A DNA stretch of 64,000 nucleotides. It comes from Alphaproteobacteria bacterium. Its GTDB lineage: Bacteria; Pseudomonadota; Alphaproteobacteria; Bin95. Of this stretch, positions 38,901 to 48,461 are shown one piece after another. Where the stretch lies: the NCBI GenBank assembly GCA_963665325.3, contig OZ224045.1, forward strand, positions 2,176,001 to 2,240,000, in the 5' to 3' direction. The position numbers were made by a program, and so were the translations under genes. Each line of letters opens with the position of its first letter. Positions within the stretch are counted from its first letter, which is position 1. The notes beneath the pieces were generated by a model. That model was not told where the DNA came from. It saw only the letters and a list, made by a program, of their open reading frames with translations, and did no database searches.

Positions 38901-39676
38901 GTGCGGCCGAAGACAGGCTGCGCGAGATCGGCGTGCTCGGCGATGCGCCGCTCGACATCGGCGAGGCCGCCCTGCTGCTCGGGTCCTTCGACCGTCCCGG
39001 CGTCCCGCTCGACCGATACCGTGCGCATTTCGATGAATTGGCCGAAGCGGCCGGGAACCCGGACCGGCTCGCCTCCACGCTGGGAGGTGCGTTCGGCTAT
39101 ACGGGAGATCGGGCGACCTATGACGACCTGCAGAACGCCAATCTCCTGCGCGTGATCGACCGGCGCAGGGGCCTGCCGGTCGCGCTCGGCATTCTCTATA
39201 TGGCGGTGGGCCGCCGGCTCGGCGCGCATGTCGAGGGACTGGACTTTCCGGGCCATTTCCTCATCCGGGTAGACCGGGCGGAGATCGTGGACCCCTTCGA
39301 GCGAGGCGAGAACCGCGAGCCGCCGGCGCTCAGGCAGATGCTGAAGGCGGCATACGGCCCTTCGGCCGAGCTGGAAACGGCCCATTTCCGCGTGGCGACG
39401 GACCGTGGCGTGTTGCTGAGGCTGCAGAACAATATCCGCCTCCGGCTTGCCCGGCGCCGGCAGTTCGAGGCTGCGCTCGACGTGCTGGAGCGCATGACAT
39501 GGATCGCGCCCGGCCTGGCGGAACTGGTACGCGAGCGCGCGATGCTGGAGGCCGCGCTCGGCCGTTTCAAGGGCGCGATCGAGAGTCTGGAGCGCTATAT
39601 CGGGATGGAGCGCGCCGACGGTCCTCGCCTCGAGGCCGCAGCCCTTCTGCAACGCTTCCGCGCCCGCCTCCACTGA
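38897..39676 (+). CDS. SirB1-like transglutaminase-core plus TPR protein
   Basis: NANLLRVIDRRRGLPVALGILY, FPGHFL, VDPF, RLQNN. Confidence 0.87.
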   Translation: MSAAEDRLREIGVLGDAPLDIGEAALLLGSFDRPGVPLDRYRAHFDELAEAAGNPDRLASTLGGAFGYTGDRATYDDLQNANLLRVIDRRRGLPVALGILYMAVGRRLGAHVEGLDFPGHFLIRVDRAEIVDPFERGENREPPALRQMLKAAYGPSAELETAHFRVATDRGVLLRLQNNIRLRLARRRQFEAALDVLERMTWIAPGLAELVRERAMLEAALGRFKGAIESLERYIGMERADGPRLEAAALLQRFRARLH

Positions 39677-39761
39677 TCGAACCCCGCGCCATCGTGCGCA
39701 GCGGAGTCGGGCGCGATATGATGCGCTCGCGTTCCGCATTTCCCGACCGGATTCCTGACCC

Positions 39762-40730
39762 ATGACTCTCGCCGTCGCCGTTCAGATGGACCCTATCGAG
39801 AGCGTCGATATCGACGCCGATAGCACCTTTGCGCTCTGCCTGGAGGCCCAGGCTCGCGACTATTCGCTGTTCCACTACCTGCCGGATGCCCTTGTCTTCC
39901 GGGACGGGCGGCTGACGGCGCGCGGCCGGCCGATGACGCTGCGGCGGGAGAAGGGCCGCCATGCCGCGCTCGGCGCGCCCGAGACGGTGGACCTCGCGGG
40001 TGTCGATGTCGTGATGATGCGCCAGGACCCGCCCTTTGACATGGCCTACATCACCGCGACGCACCTGCTGGAGCACATCCACCCCGGGACGCTGGTGGTC
40101 AACGACCCGGCCTCGGTCCGCAATGCGCCGGAGAAGCTGTTCGTCACCCATTTCGAAGGCGTGATGCCGCCGACCCTGATTACCCGCGACGAGGCCGAGA
40201 TCGCGGCCTTTCGCGAGGAGCACCGCGACATCATCCTCAAGCCGCTGTTCGGCAATGGCGGCGCCGGTGTCTTCCACCTGCGCGAGGACGACGAAAACCT
40301 GAACTCGCTGCTGGAGATGTTTCTGACGTCTTCGAGGGACCCCATTATCGCCCAGCGCTACCTGCCGGAAGTGCGGGAAGGCGACAAGCGCATCATCCTT
40401 GTGGAGGGCGAGGCGGTCGGCGCCATCAACCGCATTCCGGCGGCGGGTGAGTCGCGCGCGAACATGCATGTCGGCGGCAAGGCGGTGCAGAGCGCCCTGA
40501 CGCCCCGCGAGGTCGAAATCTGCGAAACCATCGGCCCGGCGCTGCGCGAACGCGGACTGACCTTCGTCGGCATCGATGTCATCGGCGACTATCTCACCGA
40601 GATCAACGTCACCTCGCCCACCGGGATTCAGGAGATCGAGCGCTTCGACGGCGTGCGGATCGCGGCGCTTATCTGGGATGCAGTCGAGGGGCGTCTGGCC
40701 GCGAAGGACGGTGCGGGGCCAGCGCAGTGA
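39762..40730 (+). CDS. gshB: Glutathione synthetase
   Basis: [35 protein letters not shown]. Confidence 0.98.
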   Translation: MTLAVAVQMDPIESVDIDADSTFALCLEAQARDYSLFHYLPDALVFRDGRLTARGRPMTLRREKGRHAALGAPETVDLAGVDVVMMRQDPPFDMAYITATHLLEHIHPGTLVVNDPASVRNAPEKLFVTHFEGVMPPTLITRDEAEIAAFREEHRDIILKPLFGNGGAGVFHLREDDENLNSLLEMFLTSSRDPIIAQRYLPEVREGDKRIILVEGEAVGAINRIPAAGESRANMHVGGKAVQSALTPREVEICETIGPALRERGLTFVGIDVIGDYLTEINVTSPTGIQEIERFDGVRIAALIWDAVEGRLAAKDGAGPAQ

Positions 40731-42241
40731 GCGGCCGCCCGGCGGTCGCACATGTCGCGACGGTCGCCTTCGACGGCATCGAGGTGCGCGAAGTCGATGT
40801 GCAGGTGCATCTGGGAAGCGGCCTTGCAGCGTTCAACGTCGTCGGACTGCCGGACAAGGCGGTGGCTGAAAGCCGCGAGCGGGTGAGGGCGGCGCTCGCC
40901 GCCATTGGCCTCGGCCTGCCGGCGGAGCGGATCACCGTCAATCTCGCGCCGGCGGACCTGCAGAAGGAAGGCAGCCATTTTGACCTGCCTATCGCGCTTG
41001 GCCTGCTGGCGGCGATGGGGGCCGTGCCGCAGGAGGATATCGACAACCGTATCGCGCTGGGCGAACTCGGCCTCGACGGCGCGCTTACCGCGGTCGCCGG
41101 CGTACTGTCGGCCGCCATGGCGGCCGTCGAATCGCACAGGGCCCTGGTATGCCCGGCGGGCAACGGGCCGGAAGCCGCCTGGGCGGGCGACCTCGAAGTG
41201 CTGGCGCCGAAGACGTTGCTGGCCTTACTGAACCATTTCCGGGGACGGCAGCTGCTGACGCCGCCCGAGCCCGGCGATATCGCTCTGGAACCGGACGGGC
41301 TGGACCTCCACGACATCAAGGGACAGGAGACCGCCAAGCGGGCGCTGGAGATCGCCGCGGCCGGCAGCCACAACCTGCTGCTGTCGGGACCGCCGGGAGC
41401 CGGCAAGTCGATGCTGGCGGCGCGCCTCCCCGGCGTGCTGCCGGCGCTCGAGCCGGCCGAGGCGCTCGAGGTGTCGAGGATCCACAGCGCCGCCGGCGCC
41501 CTGAGCGAGGGACGAATTCCGCGCCGGCGTCCGTTCCGGGACCCGCACCACTCCTCTTCGATGACGGCGCTGGTCGGCGGCGGGCAACGCGCTGCGCCCG
41601 GGGAGATTTCGCTCGCGCATCGGGGCGTGCTGTTCCTCGACGAATTGCCCGAGTTCACGCGCCCCGCGCTGGAGGCGCTCCGTCAGCCGATGGAGGTCGG
41701 CAGGGTCGCGATCGCGCGTGCCAACCGCCATGTCGTCTATCCGGCCCGCTTCCAGCTCATAGCGGCAATGAACCCCTGCCGCTGCGGCCATATCGACGAG
41801 CCGGACCGCGCCTGCAATCGCGCGCCGCGCTGCGCGGCGGACTACCGCCGCCGCCTGTCTGGCCCTTTGCTGGACCGCTTCGACCTGTTTGTGGACGTAC
41901 CGCGGGTTGCGGCCGCGGACCTGGCGTTGCCGCCGCCGGCCGAGAGCAGCCGGCACGTCGCCGCCCGCGTCGCGGAGGCGCGCGGCAGGCAGGCGGCGCG
42001 CTATGGAGAGCCGTCCCTGAACGGAGACATCGACGGTGCACGGCTCGTCGAGGCGGCGGCCCCGGACGAGGCGGGCGTATCCCTTCTGCAAAGCGCGACG
42101 GAGCGCCTGCGGCTCTCGGCGCGGGGCTACCACCGCGTGCTCCGCGTGGCGCGCACCCTCGCCGATATGGATGCAAAGGACCGGGTGGGCCGCTTGCATA
42201 TCGCGGAGGCGCTGAGCTATCGCCAGGGACTGGCGGGCTGA
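40727..42241 (+). CDS. comM: ComM/YifB Mg-chelatase-like AAA+ ATPase
   Basis: [47 protein letters not shown]. Confidence 0.94.
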   Translation: MSGRPAVAHVATVAFDGIEVREVDVQVHLGSGLAAFNVVGLPDKAVAESRERVRAALAAIGLGLPAERITVNLAPADLQKEGSHFDLPIALGLLAAMGAVPQEDIDNRIALGELGLDGALTAVAGVLSAAMAAVESHRALVCPAGNGPEAAWAGDLEVLAPKTLLALLNHFRGRQLLTPPEPGDIALEPDGLDLHDIKGQETAKRALEIAAAGSHNLLLSGPPGAGKSMLAARLPGVLPALEPAEALEVSRIHSAAGALSEGRIPRRRPFRDPHHSSSMTALVGGGQRAAPGEISLAHRGVLFLDELPEFTRPALEALRQPMEVGRVAIARANRHVVYPARFQLIAAMNPCRCGHIDEPDRACNRAPRCAADYRRRLSGPLLDRFDLFVDVPRVAAADLALPPPAESSRHVAARVAEARGRQAARYGEPSLNGDIDGARLVEAAAPDEAGVSLLQSATERLRLSARGYHRVLRVARTLADMDAKDRVGRLHIAEALSYRQGLAG

Positions 42242-42249
42242 CGGCCCTC

Positions 42250-42891
42250 CTACCGGCCCAGCAGTTCGAGATAGAGCGGGTCGGCGAGGTCGATGGCGGG
42301 GCCGTTGCTGTAATACACCCAGCCGCGCACCCGAACGCGCCGCCCTTCCAGGGTTCCCGGCGGGAAGGCGCGCGAGATGCGGCCGCGGCGAAGGTAAACG
42401 GTGAAATCCTCGCGCCAGTCCTCGCCGAAATTCACGAAGCTGCTGCGGAAGCCCCTGGCGGTCGCCAGGACGCGCCCCTCCACGATGGCGAAACGGTCGA
42501 GGACCGAGCGCGCGCGGTCCGCTGCGATGGTCCGCGCTTCCCGCCCTGTCCAAAGGCCGGGTTCGGATGCGCGGGCCCGGCGCTCCAGCTCGAGCAGGGC
42601 CTCGGCCCGTTCGCGCGAAACGAGCGGAGGCGCCACGACGGCCAGGCCGCGTCCCACCAACTCCCGCTGAAGCCAGAGCGGGCCGGAAAACACGTGCGCG
42701 AGGCGCCTCCCGTGCCGGTCGAGACGGGGCGGGTCGGGTTCGTAACTGAGGCCGGACCGGGCCAGAAAGGCCGCGACAAAGGGCTCGGCTCCCTCCAGCA
42801 GACGCACGTCGGCCGGCTTGACTTCCCCGGCGCCCGCAAGGGCCGGGCCGGCGGGCAGCAAGAGGAACAGGGACAGGAGGTAGCGCAGCAT
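42250..42891 (-). CDS. Secreted thermonuclease-like protein with C-terminal OB-like region
   Basis: Signal peptide; DRHGRRLAHV, LVGRGLA, ERRAR...GLW; VNFGEDWREDFT. Confidence 0.75.
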   Translation of the reverse strand: MLRYLLSLFLLLPAGPALAGAGEVKPADVRLLEGAEPFVAAFLARSGLSYEPDPPRLDRHGRRLAHVFSGPLWLQRELVGRGLAVVAPPLVSRERAEALLELERRARASEPGLWTGREARTIAADRARSVLDRFAIVEGRVLATARGFRSSFVNFGEDWREDFTVYLRRGRISRAFPPGTLEGRRVRVRGWVYYSNGPAIDLADPLYLELLGR

Positions 42892-42934
42892 GGGTGTCTG
42901 GAAGCCTTGCACGGCGGCCGCTAAGGTTCGGGCG

Positions 42935-43903
42935 ATGGGCGGGCGGACGGACCTTTTTCCGGCAATCGAGGCGGCGCAAAGCGGCATGCTGCCGCTGGAC
43001 AGCGGCCATGTCATGTATTGGGAGGAGGCCGGCAGCCCGGACGGCCTGCCCGTGCTCTTCCTGCATGGCGGGCCGGGAGCGGGCTGCACGCCGGCCTATC
43101 GGCGCTTCTTCGACCCTGCGGCCTACCGTATCCTGCTGTTCGACCAGCGCGGCGCCGGCCGCTCGACGCCCGGCGCGGAGACGCAGTCCAACACCACACA
43201 GCATCTCGTCCGCGACATTGAGACGCTGCGCCGGCACCTTTCGGTGGACCGGTGGCTGGTGTTCGGCGGCTCCTGGGGCAGCACGCTCGCGCTGGCCTAC
43301 GGAGAGGCGCATCCCGAACGCTGCCTCGGATTCGTCCTTCGCGGCGTGTTCCTTGGGCGGCGCGCGGAAATAGACTGGTTCCTGCACGGCATGGGCACCT
43401 TCTTCCCCGAGGCGCACCGGGCGTTCCTCGCCCCGATTCCGCCGCAAGAACGCGGGGCCGGGCTGCTGGGCGCCTACCACCGCCGGCTGACGGACCCGGA
43501 CCCGCGCGTCCACCTGCCTGCCGCGCGCGCCTGGTCGCGTTACGAGAACGCCTGTTCCGCGTTGAGGCCCGGTCCCGTGGACACGGCGGCCGTGGCCGGA
43601 GACCGCGCTGCCCTGGCGCTTGCCCGGCTCGAGGCGCACTACTTCGCGAACGGCCTGTTTCTCCGGGACGACCAGCTCCTGGACGACCTTCACCGCATCC
43701 ACGGCCTGCCGGCGACCATCGTCCAGGGGCGCTACGATGTCGTCTGCCCGATTGCGACGGCGGACGAATTGGCGCGCGCCTGGCCCGGAGCGGATTATGT
43801 GCCGGTGCCGGAAGCCGGCCACTCCGCAATGGAGTTCGGCATTCGAGCCGCCCTGGTGGCCGCGACGGAGCGAATGAAATACCGGCTGGCCGCCATGGCG
43901 TGA
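42935..43903 (+). CDS. pip: Proline iminopeptidase
   Basis: LHGGPG, FDQRGAGRS, FGGSWGSTL, QGRYDVVCP, AGHS. Confidence 0.96.
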   Translation: MGGRTDLFPAIEAAQSGMLPLDSGHVMYWEEAGSPDGLPVLFLHGGPGAGCTPAYRRFFDPAAYRILLFDQRGAGRSTPGAETQSNTTQHLVRDIETLRRHLSVDRWLVFGGSWGSTLALAYGEAHPERCLGFVLRGVFLGRRAEIDWFLHGMGTFFPEAHRAFLAPIPPQERGAGLLGAYHRRLTDPDPRVHLPAARAWSRYENACSALRPGPVDTAAVAGDRAALALARLEAHYFANGLFLRDDQLLDDLHRIHGLPATIVQGRYDVVCPIATADELARAWPGADYVPVPEAGHSAMEFGIRAALVAATERMKYRLAAMA

Positions 43904-43922
43904 CCCCGCCGCCGCGGGCCGC

Positions 43923-44622
43923 TCAATATTCGTCGCGGCGGCGCAGCCAGGTCATCGGGAATGGCAGGTCCTGCTCATCGCGGCCCCTCGGCACGAGATC
44001 GAGAAGCTGGTAGGCGGCGTTCATCGGATCCAGCCCGCGTGAATAGCAGGAATAGGTGTGGAACAGCTGCCCGTCCGCATCCTTGCAGAAGACGCTGAGC
44101 CCCGGCGCCTCGCTACTGCGCATGGGAGTTTCGCGGTAGTTGTACATGACCGGCCCCCGCCGCGAACGCCTCCTCGTCGAAGGAAACGCTGAAATCCCGA
44201 TTGAACCCGCTGAATAGCGAGGAAACCCACGGGAAGCGCCAGCCCATGCGGTCGCGATAGGCAAGGAGCGCGGCCAGCGGCGCGCGCGACACGGCGGCGA
44301 ACGCAACGTCCCGGGCCGTCAGATGGACCACCATCGGGTCGTAGCCGTCGGCCCAGAAGGAGCAGCTCGGGCAGCCCGCCTCCCAATCCGGCCCGAACAT
44401 GAAATGCGAGACGATGAGCTGGGTCCTGCCGTCGAACAGCTCGGCAAGTCCGATCTCGCCGGTCTCGCTCTCTAAGCGGTAGTCTTCCGTCACTTCCACC
44501 CAGGGCAATGCTCTTCTGGCAGCCGCCAGCGCATCGCGTTCGCGAGTCAAAGCCTTTTCCCGGTCGAGAAGCGCCTTACGGGCTGCGAGCCACGCTTCGC
44601 GCGAGACAACTGGATGATTCAT
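43923..44622 (-). pseudogene. DUF899 thioredoxin-like protein, split by +1 frameshift
   Basis: N half MNHPVVSREAWL...GCPSCSFWAD and C half YNY...FHTYSCYSRGLD...WLRRRDEY lie in different frames; join at G5 run 44154-44158. Confidence 0.85.
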
Positions 44623-44768
44623 GCGGTGCTTCCTGTGTGCAGTGATATGAAGTCGCGCGGGTAGCGCAGGCATTTGTGCGTCAACAGCACGAATGCTGTG
44701 CGAGGGCGGGAGCCTTGGAAAACAGGGGTCCTTTCCCCCATAATATGGATTATCCAATCGGAGGATGA

Positions 44769-46049
44769 GTGATGGACGGGCAGCAAGCTATCGGGAACCG
44801 GGTTGAGGCGGACACGGAAACGGGTTCTTCGGCCTATGTGCCGACCCTCGAGATCACCGAAGGGCAGCCGCCCCCCGTCGCGGCGAATGGCGGCCTGTCC
44901 TACATGTCGCTCGACCGGGACGGCGATGCCGGAACCGCGGCGGCCATCGAGGCGGCTCTCAAGGAGATTGCCGACGGGCACAGCGACGCGCTGATCGACC
45001 GGATCGAGAATGCGCCGCCCGGCCCCATCGAGACAAAATGGGGCCTCGGGTTCCGCGAATACCAGGAATGCGTGGACTATATTCGGGACCAGGGCATCGA
45101 AGCCCCGGAAGGCGGCCTGGTGCTGCCGCTGCGCTACACCATCTATGAGCGCCCGTCCTATTCCATCGTGTCGTCCAACGCGCTCTGGCGGGACCCGTCG
45201 CGCAAGGCCGAGGCGGAACTGTTGCGCAAGGCCGAGGACGACAGCGGGCGGCGCAACCTCTACTTCCCGCAAGTGATGCGCGATGCACGTCGGATCGGCG
45301 AATACTATCCGGGCGTCTCGCCCAGCAGCCCGGAGAGCATGGACAGGCTCGGCGTCTCGCTGGCGCATCTGGAGTCCGAATGCACGAACTTCTACGATTC
45401 CGCGGAGGTGGAGCGCGTTTTCTACCCCGAGATCGAGAAGCTTCTGCTGGAGTTCTTCCCGGATGCGACCGATGCGCTCGTCTATAACCACGATGTGTTC
45501 GACAAGGACTACCAGGGCGACCGCACCGAAGACCAGGACGCGAAAAATCCTGGTGTGAACGCGCGTTACGCCAACCTCGTGCACAACGACCTGAATGACA
45601 ATAGCGGGCGCGTGCGCTGCCGCGAACTGCTGACCAGGAACCTGCGCAACTTCGGGCGCACGCAGCACTACACGGAGGCGGAGGCCGACGCGAAAATGTC
45701 GCGGCGGTTCATGTCGATCAATCTCGCCAAGCCGATGGAGACGGTGGAGCAGTTCCCCTTCGTGCTCTGCGCCTGGCCGTCCTTCGCCGACCAGCCCTAT
45801 ATCAACAACTACCGCGTCTATGACGACCGCGTCGGCGAGACCACCCGCTTCACCTACCGCCCGGACCATGACTGGTACTGGTTCCCGCGGCAGACGCCGA
45901 CCGAGGTGTCGATGCTCAAATGCTACGACTCCGTCACGGACGGCTCCGTATCGCGCTGGTCCTTCCACACGGCCTGCCAGGACCCGACGGTTCCCGTCGA
46001 TGCACCCTGCCGCAAGAACGTCGTGGCCCGCTCCTACGTCTTCTTCTAG
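44769..46049 (+). CDS. CmcJ/NvfI (AsaB/GA4-desaturase-like) Fe(II)/2OG oxidoreductase with N-terminal extension
   Basis: VHND, RFMSINLAKP, FPFVLC, HDWYWFPRQTPTEV.MLKCYDS, FHTA.QDP; GGAGGA RBS. Confidence 0.72.
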   Translation: MMDGQQAIGNRVEADTETGSSAYVPTLEITEGQPPPVAANGGLSYMSLDRDGDAGTAAAIEAALKEIADGHSDALIDRIENAPPGPIETKWGLGFREYQECVDYIRDQGIEAPEGGLVLPLRYTIYERPSYSIVSSNALWRDPSRKAEAELLRKAEDDSGRRNLYFPQVMRDARRIGEYYPGVSPSSPESMDRLGVSLAHLESECTNFYDSAEVERVFYPEIEKLLLEFFPDATDALVYNHDVFDKDYQGDRTEDQDAKNPGVNARYANLVHNDLNDNSGRVRCRELLTRNLRNFGRTQHYTEAEADAKMSRRFMSINLAKPMETVEQFPFVLCAWPSFADQPYINNYRVYDDRVGETTRFTYRPDHDWYWFPRQTPTEVSMLKCYDSVTDGSVSRWSFHTACQDPTVPVDAPCRKNVVARSYVFF

Positions 46050-46058
46050 GAGGAAGCG

Positions 46059-46493
46059 CTAGAACGCGGCGCAGACGAATTCGACGGCGCGCAGCACCGA
46101 CTGCTGGTCGAAGGCGCGCTTGTAGGCTTCGGCGATCTCCTCTGTGCGCCGTACCGCATCCGCGCCGGGTTCGGCCAGGACGATCAGCAGCTTGGCTTCC
46201 TCGCGGCCGATTGCGCTCGACCGGTCCCGCCATTGCCCGGCCCCGTCCAGAACGGTCAGGCCGTCCGGGAAGCGCGGCGTGACCTGGGCGGCAAGGAAGT
46301 CGTTCCACTCCTCGTCAGACACCGTCCTTCCCCTGGGCCTGCCGCGCCCGAAGAACATTCGGTACTCCGCATAGCGCTCGAATCCGGGCGGGCAGAGCTC
46401 CGTTTCGGCCTGCGACGCCGCGATGGGCAGGAGCAGCATGGCGGCGAGGAGAAGAACGACTCGGATGGCGGAAGTCGACATAGTCGAGGCCAT
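46059..46493 (-). CDS. DUF3574 family secreted protein
   Basis: Signal peptide; FFGRG...VSDEEW..FL...VTPRFPDGLTVLDG.GQW, YKRAFDQQSVL. Confidence 0.82.
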   Translation of the reverse strand: MASTMSTSAIRVVLLLAAMLLLPIAASQAETELCPPGFERYAEYRMFFGRGRPRGRTVSDEEWNDFLAAQVTPRFPDGLTVLDGAGQWRDRSSAIGREEAKLLIVLAEPGADAVRRTEEIAEAYKRAFDQQSVLRAVEFVCAAF

Positions 46494-46533
46494 CTTGGGA
46501 ATGTTGCGGTCAGGTGTTCGCAATCGGCGTTGT

Positions 46534-47358
46534 CTAACCCGGCCTAGCTCCCGAGGCGAGGACAGCGGGTAGGGAGAGGTCGAGTATGCCGTCTGGACCG
46601 GCCATGGCGCGGGCCTCCGCCAGCACGGAGGCCTCGATGGCGGCGCAGGCCTCGGGCGTCTGCGCGTCCAGCAGCGCGCGGGAGCGCACCGTGGCGTGGC
46701 GCAGCCCGTCGACCAGAGCCTCGGGTGAGACGCGGCGGCGGACCGCGATTTCTTCCACTTTTGTCTCCCGGAAGCCGGCCGCCTCCAGGACACGCGCGCA
46801 TTCCCCGGGGTCAGCGAAGCGGAACATCTCCGGCCCTTCGGGAATGCCGCCCGCATGCGGGTCGCCGTGGGCTGCGACCGCGCGGCGAAACATGCCGAAA
46901 TGCGCCACCCGGTCCGCCGTGCACCAGGCGGAAAACGCATAGCGCCCGCCCGGCCGCAACACCCGGAACGCTTCCGCGACCGCGCGCTCGGGCCGGGCGA
47001 AATGCAGCATGCCAAAGGAGCAGGTGACGGCATCGAAGCTTCCCTCGTCGAACGGCAGCGCCTCGGCGTCGCCTTCGCGGAACCCGGCCTCCAGGAAGTT
47101 ACGCTGCGCTTCCTCCACCATGGCGGCGGCGAAGTCCACGCCGGTTGCCCGCGCGCCGCGGCCGGCGGCCATCGCCGCGCCGTAGCCGGGGCCCGTCGCC
47201 ACATCTAGCACCTCCATGCCGGACTCGACGCCAGCGGCGTCCAGCACCGGGCCGAGGCCGAGGCGCGTCGAGTCCCATGACACGGCGCGGTAGCCCGCCG
47301 CCTGCCGATTCCAGCCCGCGCGCTCGAATGCCTTGAAGGCGTCGGGGTCGAAACTCAC
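46534..47358 (-). CDS. Class I SAM-dependent methyltransferase
   Basis: [28 protein letters not shown]. Confidence 0.92.
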   Translation of the reverse strand: MSFDPDAFKAFERAGWNRQAAGYRAVSWDSTRLGLGPVLDAAGVESGMEVLDVATGPGYGAAMAAGRGARATGVDFAAAMVEEAQRNFLEAGFREGDAEALPFDEGSFDAVTCSFGMLHFARPERAVAEAFRVLRPGGRYAFSAWCTADRVAHFGMFRRAVAAHGDPHAGGIPEGPEMFRFADPGECARVLEAAGFRETKVEEIAVRRRVSPEALVDGLRHATVRSRALLDAQTPEACAAIEASVLAEARAMAGPDGILDLSLPAVLASGARPG

Positions 47359-48410
47359 GCCGCCGCCTCGGCCAGGATGCGGGCGGCTTCCTCGCAGTCG
47401 GCGCGGTCCACATCATGGTGAGTGACCGCGCGCATACGCGTCGGCCCCATCGCGCCGATCCTCAGACCCGCATCGCCGGCGCGCTCGGCAATCTCGGCAG
47501 CGCTCCGCCTGGTGCCGCCCACGTCGAAGAACAGGATATTGGTCTCGCAGGGCTCCACGGCGAATCCGTCCAGCCCCGCCAGCGCGCCGGCCAGCAGGGC
47601 GGCGTTGGCGTGGTCCTCCGCCAGCCGGTCCCAGTGCCGGTCGAGCGCATGGAGGCCGGCGGCGGCGAGGATGCCGGCCTGGCGCATGGCGCCGCCCATG
47701 CGCTGCTTCCAGCGCCACGCCTCGTCGATGAAGGCCGCCGAGCCCGCGAGCACTGCGCCCACGGGGCAGCCGAGGCCCTTGCTGAGGTCGATCCACGCGC
47801 TGTCGAAACAGGCGCCGTAATCGGCCGCGGATATGCCCAAGGCCACGACCGCATTCGGCAGCCGCGCTCCGTCCAGATGGGTCGCCAGGCCGTGCGCGCG
47901 GGCGACGTCGGTGACCGCCCGGACCGACTCCAGCGGCCAGACCGTGCCGCCGCCCATATTGGCGGTGTTCTCGACCTCCAGCAGCGCGGAGCGGGGCGCA
48001 TAGCGGTGTTCCGGGCGGATTGCGGCTTCGGCCTGCTCCGCCGTGTAGATGCCGCGTTCGCCCGGTATCGGCGCGATCTGCACGCCCGAGAGTGCGGCCG
48101 GCCCGCCGCCCTCGAAGTTCAGTATGTGGCAAGACGCCTCGGCGATCACCTCGTCGCCAGGGCGGCAATGGACCCGGATGGAAATCTCGTTGCACATCGT
48201 GCCCGAAGGAAGGAACACCGCCGCTTCCTTGCCGAGCAGCGCCGCCACCCGTTCGCAGAGCGCATTGACGCTCGGGTCGGCGAAGGACTGCTCGTCGCCG
48301 ACCGGGGCCTCGGCCATCGCCCGGCGCATGTCCGGCGTCGGCTGGGTCTGGGTGTCGCTGTAAAGGTTGATGCGCGGCGCGTTGGCGCCTTCCCGCGTCG
48401 CTAATGCCAT
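47355..48410 (-). CDS. ltaE: Low-specificity L-threonine aldolase
   Basis: [39 protein letters not shown]. Confidence 0.9.
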   Translation of the reverse strand: MALATREGANAPRINLYSDTQTQPTPDMRRAMAEAPVGDEQSFADPSVNALCERVAALLGKEAAVFLPSGTMCNEISIRVHCRPGDEVIAEASCHILNFEGGGPAALSGVQIAPIPGERGIYTAEQAEAAIRPEHRYAPRSALLEVENTANMGGGTVWPLESVRAVTDVARAHGLATHLDGARLPNAVVALGISAADYGACFDSAWIDLSKGLGCPVGAVLAGSAAFIDEAWRWKQRMGGAMRQAGILAAAGLHALDRHWDRLAEDHANAALLAGALAGLDGFAVEPCETNILFFDVGGTRRSAAEIAERAGDAGLRIGAMGPTRMRAVTHHDVDRADCEEAARILAEAAA

Positions 48411-48461
48411 TGGGTCGCTCGCCGGTTGGGGATTGGGTCGCTCGGTTTCGTCTCGCGCTGG

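Noticed and set aside
46059-47204. 381-aa ORF apparently fusing an unknown domain to DUF3574
   Set aside because: Upstream part is an alternate frame of the methyltransferase; the real gene starts near 46493/46481 with a signal peptide
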